DNA from: a virus
Reading direction: 5' to 3' (one strand)
IMG/VR virus record: IMGVR_UViG_3300032050_000093
Location: 6,966 to 70,965 of that record
Length of the DNA: 64,000 nucleotides
Shown: piece by piece, positions 1 to 12,000 of the stretch
How the letters are laid out: each line of letters begins with the position of its first letter
Position numbering within the stretch: position 1 is the stretch's first letter
Made by a program: the position numbers and the translations under genes
Notes under the pieces: generated by a model
Databases searched by the model: none
Seen by the model: only the letters and a program-made list of their open reading frames with translations
What the model was told of the DNA's origin: nothing

Positions 1-1756
1 CATTAACATGAGCTTTAACAAAATTTGCAAAAGCTTTATCTCTTAATACATTTCTATTAAATGGATCTTTAACTCCATTTGCTTCCTCTAATGCACTGTT
101 TGAAAATCTATAACCAGATAACACACCAGCTATTTTTTGTTCATCTTCAACTGGTTGATTATTTTTATCAAATACTATTCTTTCAGTTTTTATAGGATTG
201 CCCTTATCATCAACTGATTCAATAGTTTCTGTTTTATAAATATTTCCAAACTTTAACCAATTTTGTTGTGAATTATTATATGTTGTGATAAGATTTTCTC
301 TACTTAACTTTTCAGCACCTGCCTCTGCAATATTTGCTAAGCCAGCAGAAAATGAACCAATCAATCCACCTAGTCCTATACTTATTGAAGTCTGACGTGC
401 CTCAAGACTATCTTCACCCATTAAAGCATCAACAGTTTGCGCTCCTGTTTGATTAAATAACTCTTGTATATTAAGAGCATCTCTCACCTTGCCTTTTTGA
501 CCATAAGACTCATTTAATCTTTGAATAGCCAACTGAAAGTTTTCTTCTACAAAACCTTCAGCAAATACCCCTTTAGGAGCTCCTGAGAAAAACTTACCAA
601 TTTTACTATCTAAAAATTTAGATATTCTTCCTGTTTTTTCAGCAGCATTTTCTATTGGTGCTAAAAGAGAAGCAGGAGTTTTCAACCCTTTAAAAGCAAT
701 TTGCTCTGCTTCTTTATTAAATATATTACCTAACCATCTTAATTGAAAAGTGTTAGTAACACCTAACAAAGCAGCGTTTAAAGCAAAACTACTCAATGCG
801 TTTTTACCTGCAATAGCTTTTTTTTCATCCTCAGTATAAGGAAGTCCTGTACTAGGATTAATTACAAAATTACCATTTTTATCTTGAGTAAGAGAATTTA
901 TAATATTTCGTTTTGTTTCAGTGGCTTCAAACATTGATTCACCAGCTGTTGAAGTAGCCCACTGAACACCTCTGTCTAACATCTTTGCTGCACGTGCACT
1001 TTGTGTTAGATAGTTTTGAACTTTACTAGCACCTGTTATAACTTCTTCTGCTGTTTGTGTACCAAGTCTTAAACCTGAAGCCATCTTAAGTGCTTTAGCT
1101 CCAAGTCCTATTTTAGATAGAGCTAATCCAGGTACATAAGCACTTGTTAAAAAAGCTAATGCATCTGCAACATCTTCAGCCCAAAAATCACCATCAGTAA
1201 AAAGTCTATTCCAAAATCCTTTTTCTTTGTCTGCTGCTTCTTGATATACAGGAAGCCAATCATTTTTTGTCTTTTCATCTAATGCCTCAAAAATTTGAGA
1301 CAACCCGTTTTGAGATGTATTTTCAATAAAATCACTATCCCAGTTAGATGGATTAGACATACCAATTAAAAACCCTACTCCTTGTCCTGTTTTAGCAGCA
1401 GCACCTAAAACCAATCTACCAAAAAATTTACCTGTAGTTTTTAAAGCTCCTTCTCTTTCTCCATAAAATGTATCATTATCAAAATTATGAGTGTAGCCAT
1501 ATGGCATATCAGTATACTTCTTGATTGCATTTGTAGGTACAATCTTTGGATTGAACATAGAAGTATTTCTACCAGGAGTAGAATTTTCTGCATTAGTAAA
1601 AATTCTATCTAATTTTTTTAAAGGATCTTCTTGTACAGGTTTAATGGTTGTATCTAAAGTTGTTGGAAATTTTGATTGATCAACTTCACTAGCAACTTGT
1701 GCATTTTGAAAAATTTGATCAATATCTAAAGTTCCTAATTCTGTATTTTCAGCCAT
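1..1756 (-). CDS. Large virion cargo/ejection protein, 5' part (runs off the left edge)
   Basis: ATG at 1754-1756 (MAENTELGTLDIDQIF...). Not in the ORF track because no stop falls in the window. Gly/Ala-rich hydrophobic helices (FFGRLVLGAAAKTGQGVGFLIG, DVADALAFLTSAYVPG). Lies downstream of other cargo genes, as in crAss-like phages. Confidence 0.65.
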   Translation of the reverse strand, partial: MAENTELGTLDIDQIFQNAQVASEVDQSKFPTTLDTTIKPVQEDPLKKLDRIFTNAENSTPGRNTSMFNPKIVPTNAIKKYTDMPYGYTHNFDNDTFYGEREGALKTTGKFFGRLVLGAAAKTGQGVGFLIGMSNPSNWDSDFIENTSQNGLSQIFEALDEKTKNDWLPVYQEAADKEKGFWNRLFTDGDFWAEDVADALAFLTSAYVPGLALSKIGLGAKALKMASGLRLGTQTAEEVITGASKVQNYLTQSARAAKMLDRGVQWATSTAGESMFEATETKRNIINSLTQDKNGNFVINPSTGLPYTEDEKKAIAGKNALSSFALNAALLGVTNTFQLRWLGNIFNKEAEQIAFKGLKTPASLLAPIENAAEKTGRISKFLDSKIGKFFSGAPKGVFAEGFVEENFQLAIQRLNESYGQKGKVRDALNIQELFNQTGAQTVDALMGEDSLEARQTSISIGLGGLIGSFSAGLANIAEAGAEKLSRENLITTYNNSQQNWLKFGNIYKTETIESVDDKGNPIKTERIVFDKNNQPVEDEQKIAGVLSGYRFSNSALEEANGVKDPFNRNVLRDKAFANFVKAHVN

Positions 1757-1762
1757 TTAAAT

Positions 1763-4219
1763 TTATTTTAATTTAGTTCGTAGTGCTGCGTTTTCTAAAA
1801 TATTATCTAATTCATCCGAAGGAAGCTGTAACAAATTAACCATTGCAATATACGGAATTGTTATGTTTTTATACATTTCATCTTTAATGCTTGTACCATT
1901 TTTAGGATTTAATAATATATATGAAGGATCTCCATTTAAACTTTCAGGTATGATTTTCATAATTTGAAAAACTACATTTCTTCCACTTTTGTCTAATGCT
2001 GGAAAATCTGCAATATAACGAGAATTTGGAGGACCTTTAAATTCTACAAGATTTTCTATTTGATCTGAAAATGCAGGATGTATATTTTTATATAGATTAA
2101 TATCATCAAAAGATTTTAATTTTGATCCAAGACCTGTAACAAATACTGTACCATTATCTTCGTTATATGTAAGAACTTTAGAACCTGGATTTCTTGTTTC
2201 AATATCTGCTTTTATTGCTTTAAATCTTGTTTCATCTAAAGGATTTTCTTTAGATGTTTTTAATTTAATTTGTAAATCAACGCCTCTTTTTACACTAGGA
2301 ATTGCAGATATTGTAACAATATCATCTGGATTGATATTTGCTACAGCAGATATTTCAGCTTTTTTTTCTTTAAATGTTACTACTTTTTCTGAATAAGCTT
2401 TTCCTTTACCTTGAACTAGTGTACTATTTGGAGTATTTAAATATTGATTTCTATATTGATCATACGCTTGTTGTAATTGAAGTCCATTTCCAATACCTGT
2501 AGCTCCTTTTGCTTTAATTACACCTGCTACATCAGCCATACGTTTGTCTATATCAGCTTGTGATTGACCCATATGTTTATCATAATAAAACTTTCCTTTA
2601 TCAGCAATAACTTTTCCTGAAGCATCTTTTTGTAAGTATGTTTTTTTAACAGGATCCCATTCTACTTTTAATTGTTCTTCAACACCTACATTTTTAGCTT
2701 CTTGCCAGGTTCTAAGAGATTTATAATTTGCATCACCCATTTGATTTCTAGCATATTCATCAGCTTGAAATTCAAAATTTTTAATTTTATCTCTTTTACT
2801 TTTAGCAATAGATAATGCAGTTCCATATTCTTTAACCATATCTGAATTTGGATTCGAAGCTAAAAAGGATCTTATAGCATAATCTGTTACTTCTTTTACA
2901 CCTTTTGCATTTCTTAAATAACTAACTATTTCTGCTTTTTTAGATTCTGCTTCTTTTTCAGCTTGAAAAGCTTCACTTTGAAGTTGACTAACAGTTTTTG
3001 GTTTAATAGCATCATCTTCATTTTCATAAGTGGGTACACTAACATCAGGAGCTTCTCCTTCTTCTTCTCCTTCTTTTTTATCTTTTGCACTTAATGCCCA
3101 AAGCGCTCTACGATCAGCACCTTCTTGAGCTAATCTTGCTCTGTAATTTGCACCATTTTCCCTAGCTTGTAACATTACCCATTCATCATAATCTAATTTT
3201 CGATCAATATCTTGATGTTGGTAAGAATCAGCTGTTTGATCTATAATCTGATCTATATAAACTGATTTTGCTAGTTCTTCAAATTTTTGATTTACATAAC
3301 CTTTATCTCCTTTTTTAAGGTTGGTAACGCTTTCTGAAATTGAAGTTTTTAATTTTTTAAAATAATCTTTGTTTGCTTGAAGTTGTTGTCTTTCTTCATC
3401 TGTTTTAGCTTTTAACATTCTAATATCAATTTCCTTTAATTCTTTGTCAATAGCAGGAAGTCTTGATTCAGATTGTTTAATATAAGCTCCAACTAACGCA
3501 TTAGGATTATTTCTAAAAGCTTGTCTTGCTTCAAGAGCAAATTGTTCTTTAGCAGGTGCTGACAACACTCCTTCTAAATATCTCGATATATCTTCTTTAT
3601 ACCAAGATTTGTCTGTAATTGTAGTAATATAAGCTCCATTTTTATTTATTGTTGTAACACTACTTGGCTTAAACTTTTCCATAGCTTTTATACGCTCATC
3701 AGTAGTATTATAATATGGTTTATAGGATCTTTTATTATTATAAAAATATTTCCAATCTTCTGGTTTTGCTTTTGCAAAATCCTCTCTTTGAGAACGAACA
3801 TCAGCTAAATTTACTTCATTAAAATATTTTCCACCATCTTGATTTTTATAAGATTCTGCAATACCTTCTTGTTGATCATAAAACTCTGTAAGTTCTTGAT
3901 CCATAATAAGATTAGTATTTTTATAATATGGAGCAAAAACATTTAATGCTGATTCAACATTCTGATATTCTGATAAATCAAGAGAAGAAATATTTTTTAA
4001 ATTTTCTTTAGCTTGTTTAAGAAAAGCATCTCTAACTTGAGCATTATATTCATTAGTCACTGGTCTAGAAACATACTGCCACATTTTAGAAACTTGCTGA
4101 AATCCTTTGTTATATTGATCCTCTTTTCTTTGGAGCATTTTATCAAAATACCCAAAGTCTGGATTATAAATAACAGGGTCTGGAAAAATGGGAGCTATGT
4201 TTGAATAATATTGACGCAT
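1763..4219 (-). CDS. Virion cargo/ejection protein (helical, crAss-like)
   Basis: 818 aa ORF, coiled-coil rich, in the post-muzzle cargo block, with its own promoter-like motif just upstream. Confidence 0.55.
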   Translation of the reverse strand: MRQYYSNIAPIFPDPVIYNPDFGYFDKMLQRKEDQYNKGFQQVSKMWQYVSRPVTNEYNAQVRDAFLKQAKENLKNISSLDLSEYQNVESALNVFAPYYKNTNLIMDQELTEFYDQQEGIAESYKNQDGGKYFNEVNLADVRSQREDFAKAKPEDWKYFYNNKRSYKPYYNTTDERIKAMEKFKPSSVTTINKNGAYITTITDKSWYKEDISRYLEGVLSAPAKEQFALEARQAFRNNPNALVGAYIKQSESRLPAIDKELKEIDIRMLKAKTDEERQQLQANKDYFKKLKTSISESVTNLKKGDKGYVNQKFEELAKSVYIDQIIDQTADSYQHQDIDRKLDYDEWVMLQARENGANYRARLAQEGADRRALWALSAKDKKEGEEEGEAPDVSVPTYENEDDAIKPKTVSQLQSEAFQAEKEAESKKAEIVSYLRNAKGVKEVTDYAIRSFLASNPNSDMVKEYGTALSIAKSKRDKIKNFEFQADEYARNQMGDANYKSLRTWQEAKNVGVEEQLKVEWDPVKKTYLQKDASGKVIADKGKFYYDKHMGQSQADIDKRMADVAGVIKAKGATGIGNGLQLQQAYDQYRNQYLNTPNSTLVQGKGKAYSEKVVTFKEKKAEISAVANINPDDIVTISAIPSVKRGVDLQIKLKTSKENPLDETRFKAIKADIETRNPGSKVLTYNEDNGTVFVTGLGSKLKSFDDINLYKNIHPAFSDQIENLVEFKGPPNSRYIADFPALDKSGRNVVFQIMKIIPESLNGDPSYILLNPKNGTSIKDEMYKNITIPYIAMVNLLQLPSDELDNILENAALRTKLK

Positions 4220-4220
4220 A

Positions 4221-4240
4221 TCTATAATATAATATACATT
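4221..4240 (-). promoter_or_regulatory. Putative phage late promoter (GTATATTATATT motif)
   Basis: Minus strand reads aatGTATATTATATTataga. The same motif recurs in seven other intergenic gaps. Confidence 0.5.
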
Positions 4241-4275
4241 AAAATTTTTAAAGTTTAAAACTAAACTTTAAAAGT

Positions 4276-7164
4276 TTATACTGATCCATATGGCCCAGCA
4301 AACGAACCACTCATTAAATATGGCAGCATTGGATCATCATCTTCTGGTTTATTTTGAAATGCTTTTTGAAAACCTGGTGAAAAATATTGTTCATAAGTTA
4401 ATCCTGGAAATTGACTTTGCATTTTTCTGTAATGAGCTCCTGAACCATAACCATCAGAATAAGCTGTTGCCATACTAGTTGGAGTACCTGGTTTCATTGT
4501 CACTCTACCAGTCCAAGGATCAATACCAAATTTGCGTGAACTATTCATCAATCCCATTTTAACAGCATTATTCCAAAGTGCTGTATCTGCAGCTCTTATA
4601 CCTTTAAAGTATTGTCTCCACTGATTTCTATTAAATACATCAGTATCTCTATTTACAAATCCTGTTTGCGTTGCTAAATCAGCTGCTTCTTTATCATACT
4701 GACGTTGAGCTTCTGTATTTCTAGCTAACACTTGATTTAAAGTGCCAACATTTTTATCTTGATAATCACCAGTAATACCTGCAGCACTTGCTAAAGCTTT
4801 TCCTTGCATAGCACCTGACATACTATTAAGTGTTCTAACATCTCCCATTGATCCTAACGCTCCCATCGTAGTGTTATACAAACTTTGATTTTCAGCCAAT
4901 GCTTGTCTAGGATCGTATAACACTGCTCTTTCAGGAGTGAAAGGTGGTTTTTTAATAGGTATTTGGTAGTTTCTAGGTGGAACCAAACCAGCTGCCATTA
5001 AATTTAATACATCAGGTTTTAATGGACGGAATGGAATTTGTTGTACTTTTCCTGGTTTTAGTGGATTAGGTTTATTACAACTTAAAGAAAGAGGATCATC
5101 TACAGCACCTGCTTTTTTCTTTTCTTCTTCACTTGCAAATTCTGCATGTTTAGGTATATTATTTACATCACATATCCATCCCCCAACTTTTGGTTTATCT
5201 ACAACAGGAGCCATTGTTGTTGTAGGTATGGCCTCCATTGCTGCTCTCATTGCATTATGAAAAGGACCTATTTTATAATTTGTTGCATGCTCCCCAACCT
5301 TTCCAACAAAATTACCAGATTTTTCAGCTTCTTGTAATCTATATTTAATTGCTTTTGCATTTGGATTATTAGGATCTTCAGATGCCTTTTTTAAATTAGC
5401 AATAACTGCATCGCGCCTAGTAGGATCATTTAATACATCGTTTACGTATGTTTTCCAATTTGAATCATAAGAGGCTTTATTTTCCCAATATTTATCTCCT
5501 TTATATTGTGATGAACCCACGTTATCATAGTCCATGAATTGACCTCTGTTTTTTGCTCTAACTTGATAGTTTCTATTTATATTATAATCTACATTAGATG
5601 GTGGGTTTGTTGTTGTATCATCAGTCATTTCTATCCCTTCAAAAGCTTTCATTAACCCGTATTTACCTTGTGGAAGCATAGGTTGTTCATCTTCACTTGG
5701 GGTTTCATTTTCAGAAGATTCGTTTTCTTCATCAACTTCAATTCCTAATATTTGTTTTGATACTTCTGGAATACCTTGAGGGAATCCTTTCATAGATTCT
5801 TGAATAAGAGCAAGATACGCAAGCTTTTTATTGTATGCTGTTATCATTTGTTGAGCTGTTGATTTTTTTAAATCATCAGCTTCAGGATCTTCAAGCATTG
5901 CTTTGTACTTATTTATATCATATCTCTTAGCAATTTCAGCAGGAGTGTACCCACCTTTTTTAGGTTTAAGACTAAAATAGGATAACACTTCTTCATCTTT
6001 AATAGACATCTTTTGTGTATCAGAATATATAAACGCACCACTAGGTAAATTTAAAGGAGTGCCTCCTTCATTATGTCTTTTACCACCAATCTTCATATGT
6101 TCTAATCCTCCATCTCCATCTAAATCACCAAACACTGTTTCACCTTTTTCAGCTTCAACGTTAGCTTCATCTCGTGGAACAGCTTTTAAAGTGTCTGTCA
6201 CCTCATAAGGATTTTCATAACTAACATTAGGAGTTACCAAGGCATCTCTTCTTAAATCAAGACTATGCTTAGCTTGACCACCATATTCCATCATAGCACC
6301 TTCAGGATTAGTATTTGGTACTGATTTTATTTTAATTCTTAAAGGAACTTGTTCACCACCTAATTTTGCATTTTGATTGTAAAAAGCTCGTTGAGGCATA
6401 TAGTTAGTGGCATTAGTAAATTGTCCTTTATTAGCAACATAATCACCTTGTTTACCATACATACCTGTATTGATATCATAATCACCTCTAGTGTCAGGAG
6501 CTGATTGTTGTGAAATAGATAAATAATTGTCAGGAAGATTTCCTATTCTAGCTGCTCTTTCAGCATTCTTACGTTTCTTTTCCATATCAATTAATCCTAA
6601 TACATCATGTATTGGATTAATCACTGAATAAAAATCATTTACACCTTTATTTACTTTTGTTGAAAAGTTGTTTAAATCTTTCCAAAACTTTCCTTTTTTA
6701 GCATCAATTTTTGCTTGATATTCTTCATTTGATTTAGCAGCTTGATTAGGATCTTGATATGATACTAAATTTCCTTTTTCATCTCTACCAACACCAAAAT
6801 CCTTACCTTCTGTTATTCCCTGAGCTTGCGCAGATTGTCTAGCTAAATCTAATTGTTGTTTGTTTTGTTTATTTAATTTTCCATAATTAAATTGAGTGGG
6901 AGGAAGAGTGGTTGTAGGAGTTGTTTGAGGACTTGTACTAAGATAGTTATTTAAACCAACACTCCACCCGATAGGATTGGGTGCTTGTTGACTTTGTTGA
7001 GGATTTGCAGACCACATGTTAATACCAGTGGGAGCTCCTGTATTAGTCATAGAATTGGTTAAAGGTTTACCTAATCCTAAAGCTTTAGTTAATCCTTGAG
7101 TTATTTGACTATTAAGAAACTGTGCTCTTTTTAATCCTTTTCCCTTAATTACTATTCTAGGCAT
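4276..7164 (-). CDS. Virion cargo protein (crAss cargo protein C1-like)
   Basis: 962 aa. Contains ANVEAEKGE...GGKRHNEGGTPL block typical of crAss-like cargo proteins, plus xxxGG linker motifs. Confidence 0.6.
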   Translation of the reverse strand: MPRIVIKGKGLKRAQFLNSQITQGLTKALGLGKPLTNSMTNTGAPTGINMWSANPQQSQQAPNPIGWSVGLNNYLSTSPQTTPTTTLPPTQFNYGKLNKQNKQQLDLARQSAQAQGITEGKDFGVGRDEKGNLVSYQDPNQAAKSNEEYQAKIDAKKGKFWKDLNNFSTKVNKGVNDFYSVINPIHDVLGLIDMEKKRKNAERAARIGNLPDNYLSISQQSAPDTRGDYDINTGMYGKQGDYVANKGQFTNATNYMPQRAFYNQNAKLGGEQVPLRIKIKSVPNTNPEGAMMEYGGQAKHSLDLRRDALVTPNVSYENPYEVTDTLKAVPRDEANVEAEKGETVFGDLDGDGGLEHMKIGGKRHNEGGTPLNLPSGAFIYSDTQKMSIKDEEVLSYFSLKPKKGGYTPAEIAKRYDINKYKAMLEDPEADDLKKSTAQQMITAYNKKLAYLALIQESMKGFPQGIPEVSKQILGIEVDEENESSENETPSEDEQPMLPQGKYGLMKAFEGIEMTDDTTTNPPSNVDYNINRNYQVRAKNRGQFMDYDNVGSSQYKGDKYWENKASYDSNWKTYVNDVLNDPTRRDAVIANLKKASEDPNNPNAKAIKYRLQEAEKSGNFVGKVGEHATNYKIGPFHNAMRAAMEAIPTTTMAPVVDKPKVGGWICDVNNIPKHAEFASEEEKKKAGAVDDPLSLSCNKPNPLKPGKVQQIPFRPLKPDVLNLMAAGLVPPRNYQIPIKKPPFTPERAVLYDPRQALAENQSLYNTTMGALGSMGDVRTLNSMSGAMQGKALASAAGITGDYQDKNVGTLNQVLARNTEAQRQYDKEAADLATQTGFVNRDTDVFNRNQWRQYFKGIRAADTALWNNAVKMGLMNSSRKFGIDPWTGRVTMKPGTPTSMATAYSDGYGSGAHYRKMQSQFPGLTYEQYFSPGFQKAFQNKPEDDDPMLPYLMSGSFAGPYGSV

Positions 7165-7174
7165 GTTTTATTAT

Positions 7175-9046
7175 TTATATTGTATCAAAGTCATATCCCT
7201 GTTGGCGAAGATACTCCATTTCTTCTGGACTCACTTCAAGTGTATCACCAACATTATAACCCATCGTAGATCCTCCTTCTTGCATATAATCTGAACCATA
7301 CATATATTGGGGAAGAATATCACCATATGTAGGAACAAACGATCCTCCTCCTTGAAAATATGATCCTGATCCAGCATCATATGTGCCACTATATCCACCA
7401 CCATTTTGATATTCTTCAGGCATCATTCCTTCTTGTCCTTCATCTATAGGTTCTTCTTGTGCATACATTTCTTCATCATCCATTTCTCCCATTGATTGTT
7501 GAGATTGCTGACCTGAAATCATTTTAGCAACTTGTTCAATTATTGAAAAAGCTTGATCTTCAGCAATACCTTGAGTTGTTAAAGTTTCAGCAATTTCTTC
7601 TGGAGATGTTCCTTTTTGTAATTCCATTGCGATATACTGTATAATTTGTTGTTGCATATCGGCTTGACCACCTTCTTGAAATCTTAAAAATTTAGATACT
7701 CCTCTAAGATTCTTAACAACATTTGGAAATTTAGTAGAGGCAGTGCTTTTTAAATCATTTAAAAATGAAGAAGCTTTTTGTACTGGCTTACTTGATTTTA
7801 TATAACCAACAGCTTTTTGATATGTAGGAGTTGGTAAACTAGGTGGTCTAGATGAAACTGACATAGCAGGCTTTCTTGATAACCCAGCAGCTTTTTCAAG
7901 ATCAGCATACGTGTTAACTACACTTGGTGAAGATTGATTTAATTGTGCAATTACTTCTGGAGTGTTAGTTAATGACAATCTTCCCATATTTTTTGCTGCT
8001 TTTCTAGCTTCTGCAACATTTGATTTTACTTGACCTTTCATTTCTTCATTAATCAAATCTTCCAAAACATTATATATTTCTTGTCCACCTGCTCCTAAGT
8101 TTTCCCAAGCTTTTGCAGCACCTCTTAGTTTAGGTTGCATTTTTTTAAATACACTTTGCGCAACTTTAGCTTGTTGAGGAGTTGTGCCAAATTGTTTTGA
8201 AAGTTTAGCTATATCATCAGCTTCTTTTAAAGCAGCTGTTGTAAGACCTCCAGCAACAGCCACAGATCCCATTCCAATTAACAACTTTTGAATATTAGAT
8301 AACCCATCATCTTCTTGTTCTTTATATCCAGGTGTAGGAAGTTTGCCACTTGCTAAAGGAACACTATCTTTTGTAGGAACACTATCGAGTTTAGCGCGAG
8401 TGCTATCAGCACTTAAATTAAGACTATCTACTGGAATAATATTTCCTGTACTATCTAATACACCAACGGTATTTCCAGTACTATCTACAGCAATACTATT
8501 ACCACTTTCATCTTGTTCTATTGTAATATTTTTTGAAGTATTTGTTTTAGAACTCACTGAAGCTGGAGATATACTTCTTAATATTTGCGGGTTAGTAGAT
8601 ATAATATTAATAATTTGTCTATTTTGAGTGGCATCACCAGTATAACCACTAATTCCTAAAGTTTTAGCTAATTTTTTTCGCGATTGATAATCACTTGGAA
8701 AACCAACAGAATCTAACAAATCCACTACACTTTGTTTTGGATTTGCTTTTTTACTTTTATAATTTTTTCGACTTGACTTATTATTAATAATTAAATTAGT
8801 ACTAGGTATTTGTAAAGGTAATCCAGATGAAGAATTAGAATAAGAACTAGGAGAGTTCATTGCTTTCCATTTAGAATATGCATCAGCAAATTCATTATAT
8901 GACTTATAATCAGCTTGTATTGGAGCACCCATCGCCATGGCATCTTCTGGTGACATTTCATCTCCTCCAAATTGAGCTTTTCTTAAAATTTCATAAGGAC
9001 TATCGTACATATAAGGATTAAGTCCATAATTGCGTAAATTGTACAT
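7175..9046 (-). CDS. Cargo protein with DUF3597-like module and a transmembrane-like helix
   Basis: 623 aa. SVVDLLDSVG..SDYQSRKKLAKTLGISGYTGDATQN resembles the DUF3597-type module found on cell-wall hydrolases. Hydrophobic LLIGMGSVAVAGGLTTAAL. Repeated AQFGG/FQEGG/YQNGG/MQEGG. Confidence 0.5.
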   Translation of the reverse strand: MYNLRNYGLNPYMYDSPYEILRKAQFGGDEMSPEDAMAMGAPIQADYKSYNEFADAYSKWKAMNSPSSYSNSSSGLPLQIPSTNLIINNKSSRKNYKSKKANPKQSVVDLLDSVGFPSDYQSRKKLAKTLGISGYTGDATQNRQIINIISTNPQILRSISPASVSSKTNTSKNITIEQDESGNSIAVDSTGNTVGVLDSTGNIIPVDSLNLSADSTRAKLDSVPTKDSVPLASGKLPTPGYKEQEDDGLSNIQKLLIGMGSVAVAGGLTTAALKEADDIAKLSKQFGTTPQQAKVAQSVFKKMQPKLRGAAKAWENLGAGGQEIYNVLEDLINEEMKGQVKSNVAEARKAAKNMGRLSLTNTPEVIAQLNQSSPSVVNTYADLEKAAGLSRKPAMSVSSRPPSLPTPTYQKAVGYIKSSKPVQKASSFLNDLKSTASTKFPNVVKNLRGVSKFLRFQEGGQADMQQQIIQYIAMELQKGTSPEEIAETLTTQGIAEDQAFSIIEQVAKMISGQQSQQSMGEMDDEEMYAQEEPIDEGQEGMMPEEYQNGGGYSGTYDAGSGSYFQGGGSFVPTYGDILPQYMYGSDYMQEGGSTMGYNVGDTLEVSPEEMEYLRQQGYDFDTI

Positions 9047-9061
9047 AAATTTATTTTTTAA

Positions 9062-12000
9062 TTATTTTTTCTTCCTTAGTGAAAAACTGCTATCAATTGT
9101 GTTAAAACTATTAGGATCAATAGCATCTGATTGGATTAAGTTATAATATTCTTCACTATCTACTCTTAGTTTCTTAACTGTTCCATCTGGTTGTTTTATA
9201 CTAATAGTTTGCGGATTTTCTTGAGTTGATTCTGTTGATCCAAGTGCCCCATCAACTCCTTTCCAAAATCTTGTTCCTCTACCAACAGGACTTGCAAAAC
9301 CATATACACCAGATGCTGCAGTTTTATATAATGGAGAATATAATCTTTTGTCAATTCCTGCAATTGGCTGAACTTTAGTTAAAGCGTTGTGTCCTTTAAC
9401 TAAAGCTTTTTCTAAAGCTGGAGCTTTTCTTAATGCCTTTATTCCTTTAATTGGGGCTACAGCTCCACCAATCATTGGTAAACTAGCTGCAAATTCTAAA
9501 GCTCCTAAACCTACATTTTTTGCAGTGTTTAAAACTCCTTTAGATTTAGGAATTTCTTCAATAGCTGTAAGAAGATTTCCATAATTAGAATAACCTGTTG
9601 GATCAAGAACTGAACGTATAGCTGATGGAGGATTTTTTTGTTGCTCTTGTGCAGTTTTCAACCATCTTTTTGTCCAATCTAATCCTAATAAAGGATTTAA
9701 ATTACCTAATCCAAACTGTGCTTTTTTCAAATTTGGCCTAGTCGCTCCTACTACTAATTTACCAAAATTATCTCGATTAAAAAAATGTTTTTTACTTATG
9801 TCAATACCACCACCATACTTATTTTTATTATAAAATATATTATGTAAATATGCGTCCCCAGTATTGAAGCGATTTTTATTCACTTCATTCATAAACATAT
9901 TATTATAATTATCTTTAAACATTTTTCTAAACTTCTCTACCTCTTCTTGATTATTTATATCAACTCCATATACGTCCATTAAATCTTTCATACTAGGATC
10001 ATTTGCAAAAGTTTTCCAATCTGAACTTGTATAAAAATCATCTAATGGAGTTAAATCTGGATTAAATTCTGTGTTAGATATGATATTTCTAGCCTGATTG
10101 CTTAATCTCTTTTTTCTTTCATCATCTTCTATTTGTTTAAAAGCAGTGCGCATACTTTGTTCAAATTCATCATCAGTATAATCTGGACTATAGTTTGGAT
10201 CATCATAATATTCATCTATAGCATCATCCCAACTTGCTTTTCCACTAGGAGGCTCTAATTCCATTACTACTTTTTTACGAGGAATAAATTTTCTAAGTTG
10301 AAGGGCTCCTTCTAAAAGTCCAGCACCTCCTGTACCTATTTCTAATAAATCTAATAAATGATCAGCCCTAGCTCTGTTTTTATCTTGAATATATTGAGGT
10401 GTATTAAAATCCTTACCATACCAATCTTCTTGTACTTTTTTTCTTCTTTGAAATTCTTCTACATCTTTTTGTTTTTGAGCATCTGTTCTTTTATCTTCTC
10501 CAATAGTATATCTATTTCTACTAGCTTCTGCTTTTTTTTCTTTAGTTCTTTGTGTAGCAATTTCAGTGTTTAAATTTTGATTACCTCTTTGAGAAATATC
10601 TGAAGGACGTTTCATCCACCACGGTTGTTCATTTACTTGACCTTTAGTTTGATATTGTGGTAATTCTTGTCCTCCACCAAATTGGCTTGTTCTTAAATTT
10701 TTATTTTCCTTTTTTACAATTAAATTATTTAACTCACTCATTTTAGCAGGATCATTACCCTCTGTTCTAAACATATCAAGAATATGCATATGTTGCAGTC
10801 TTTCTTCCTCACTTATTTTTTTATCAAAAAGTTTTTGTTTTGATTTTTCTAATATATTTTTCCAATCCTCTGGAGTTGAATCTTTAGAGGGATCTATACC
10901 ATATAAATTTCTAGCATCATCCAAAGATCTTTTCATTTCTGCATTTTGAAGTCTGCTATATACAGGTCCAAATTGTCCCTTAACTCCACCTGATCCTGTT
11001 GCCCAATAATAACTTGGAAGAGATTCTCTAGATGATTGAGGTTTATAATCTTGCTTATATAATTTACTATAATCTCCAGGTGAAACATATCCTTTATATA
11101 TTTCTTTATTATGCTTACTTATAACATCAAGTGCTGGTTTATCAAGATAATGTTGAATCTCATGTCTTGGTACATAATTTCCTTCAGCAAGCTTGCGTCC
11201 TTCAAACATTTGATTCACTGTTTTTGGATCATTTCTTAATGAATTCATGTATGGACGATTAAGAAAAGGTATGTTTTCAGGAAATATTGGTTTATTTGGA
11301 TCAGATAATAAAAGTTGATTTTTTGAAGGATTATATCTACCTAATACCCCTAGTTGATGTAATTCTGCATATGGTGTATATTTTACAATATCTAAAGTTT
11401 TTGGATATTGTTTTAATTGTTCAAGAACAATTTTTGCTTCATTTGCAATCTCAGGATTTTCATGATTTGCTCTACCCTCATACCATTTTATTTTTTTAGC
11501 AAGCTCTTCTTCATACATTTTTTGATGTTGTGGAAGTGGTTCGTTTCCACCTCCTTCTTGAAAATATTGAGGAACTTGTTTAGGTTCATCAGGGAATTTT
11601 TCAAAATTTTCATAATTTATTCCTCCAGGTAATTGCGGATTTCTTACTTCATAACTTTTAAAAATGTTCATCAACTCATCATTACTATATTCTTTTGCAG
11701 GAGTTGGTATACTAAAACCTTTATAATAATCAGTATTAATTCTTTTTTTAATATTACCTTGATTTTGCGCCCATTCTTGAAACTTACTTAAATTATTTGG
11801 ATCATATATTTTTGAATTTTCAAGTTGCCTCATTAAATTATAAAAATTCTCTGAAGAACCTTTTGCGCCAGCATAAGAACCATCAGCTCTAATTGCATTA
11901 TTTTTTGGATCTTTGATTGTTTGGTAACGTTTATTAGCTGCAGTAATAAAACGAGCAATATCATTTTTATCTTTAAAATCTGATGGAAGATATTCTTCCA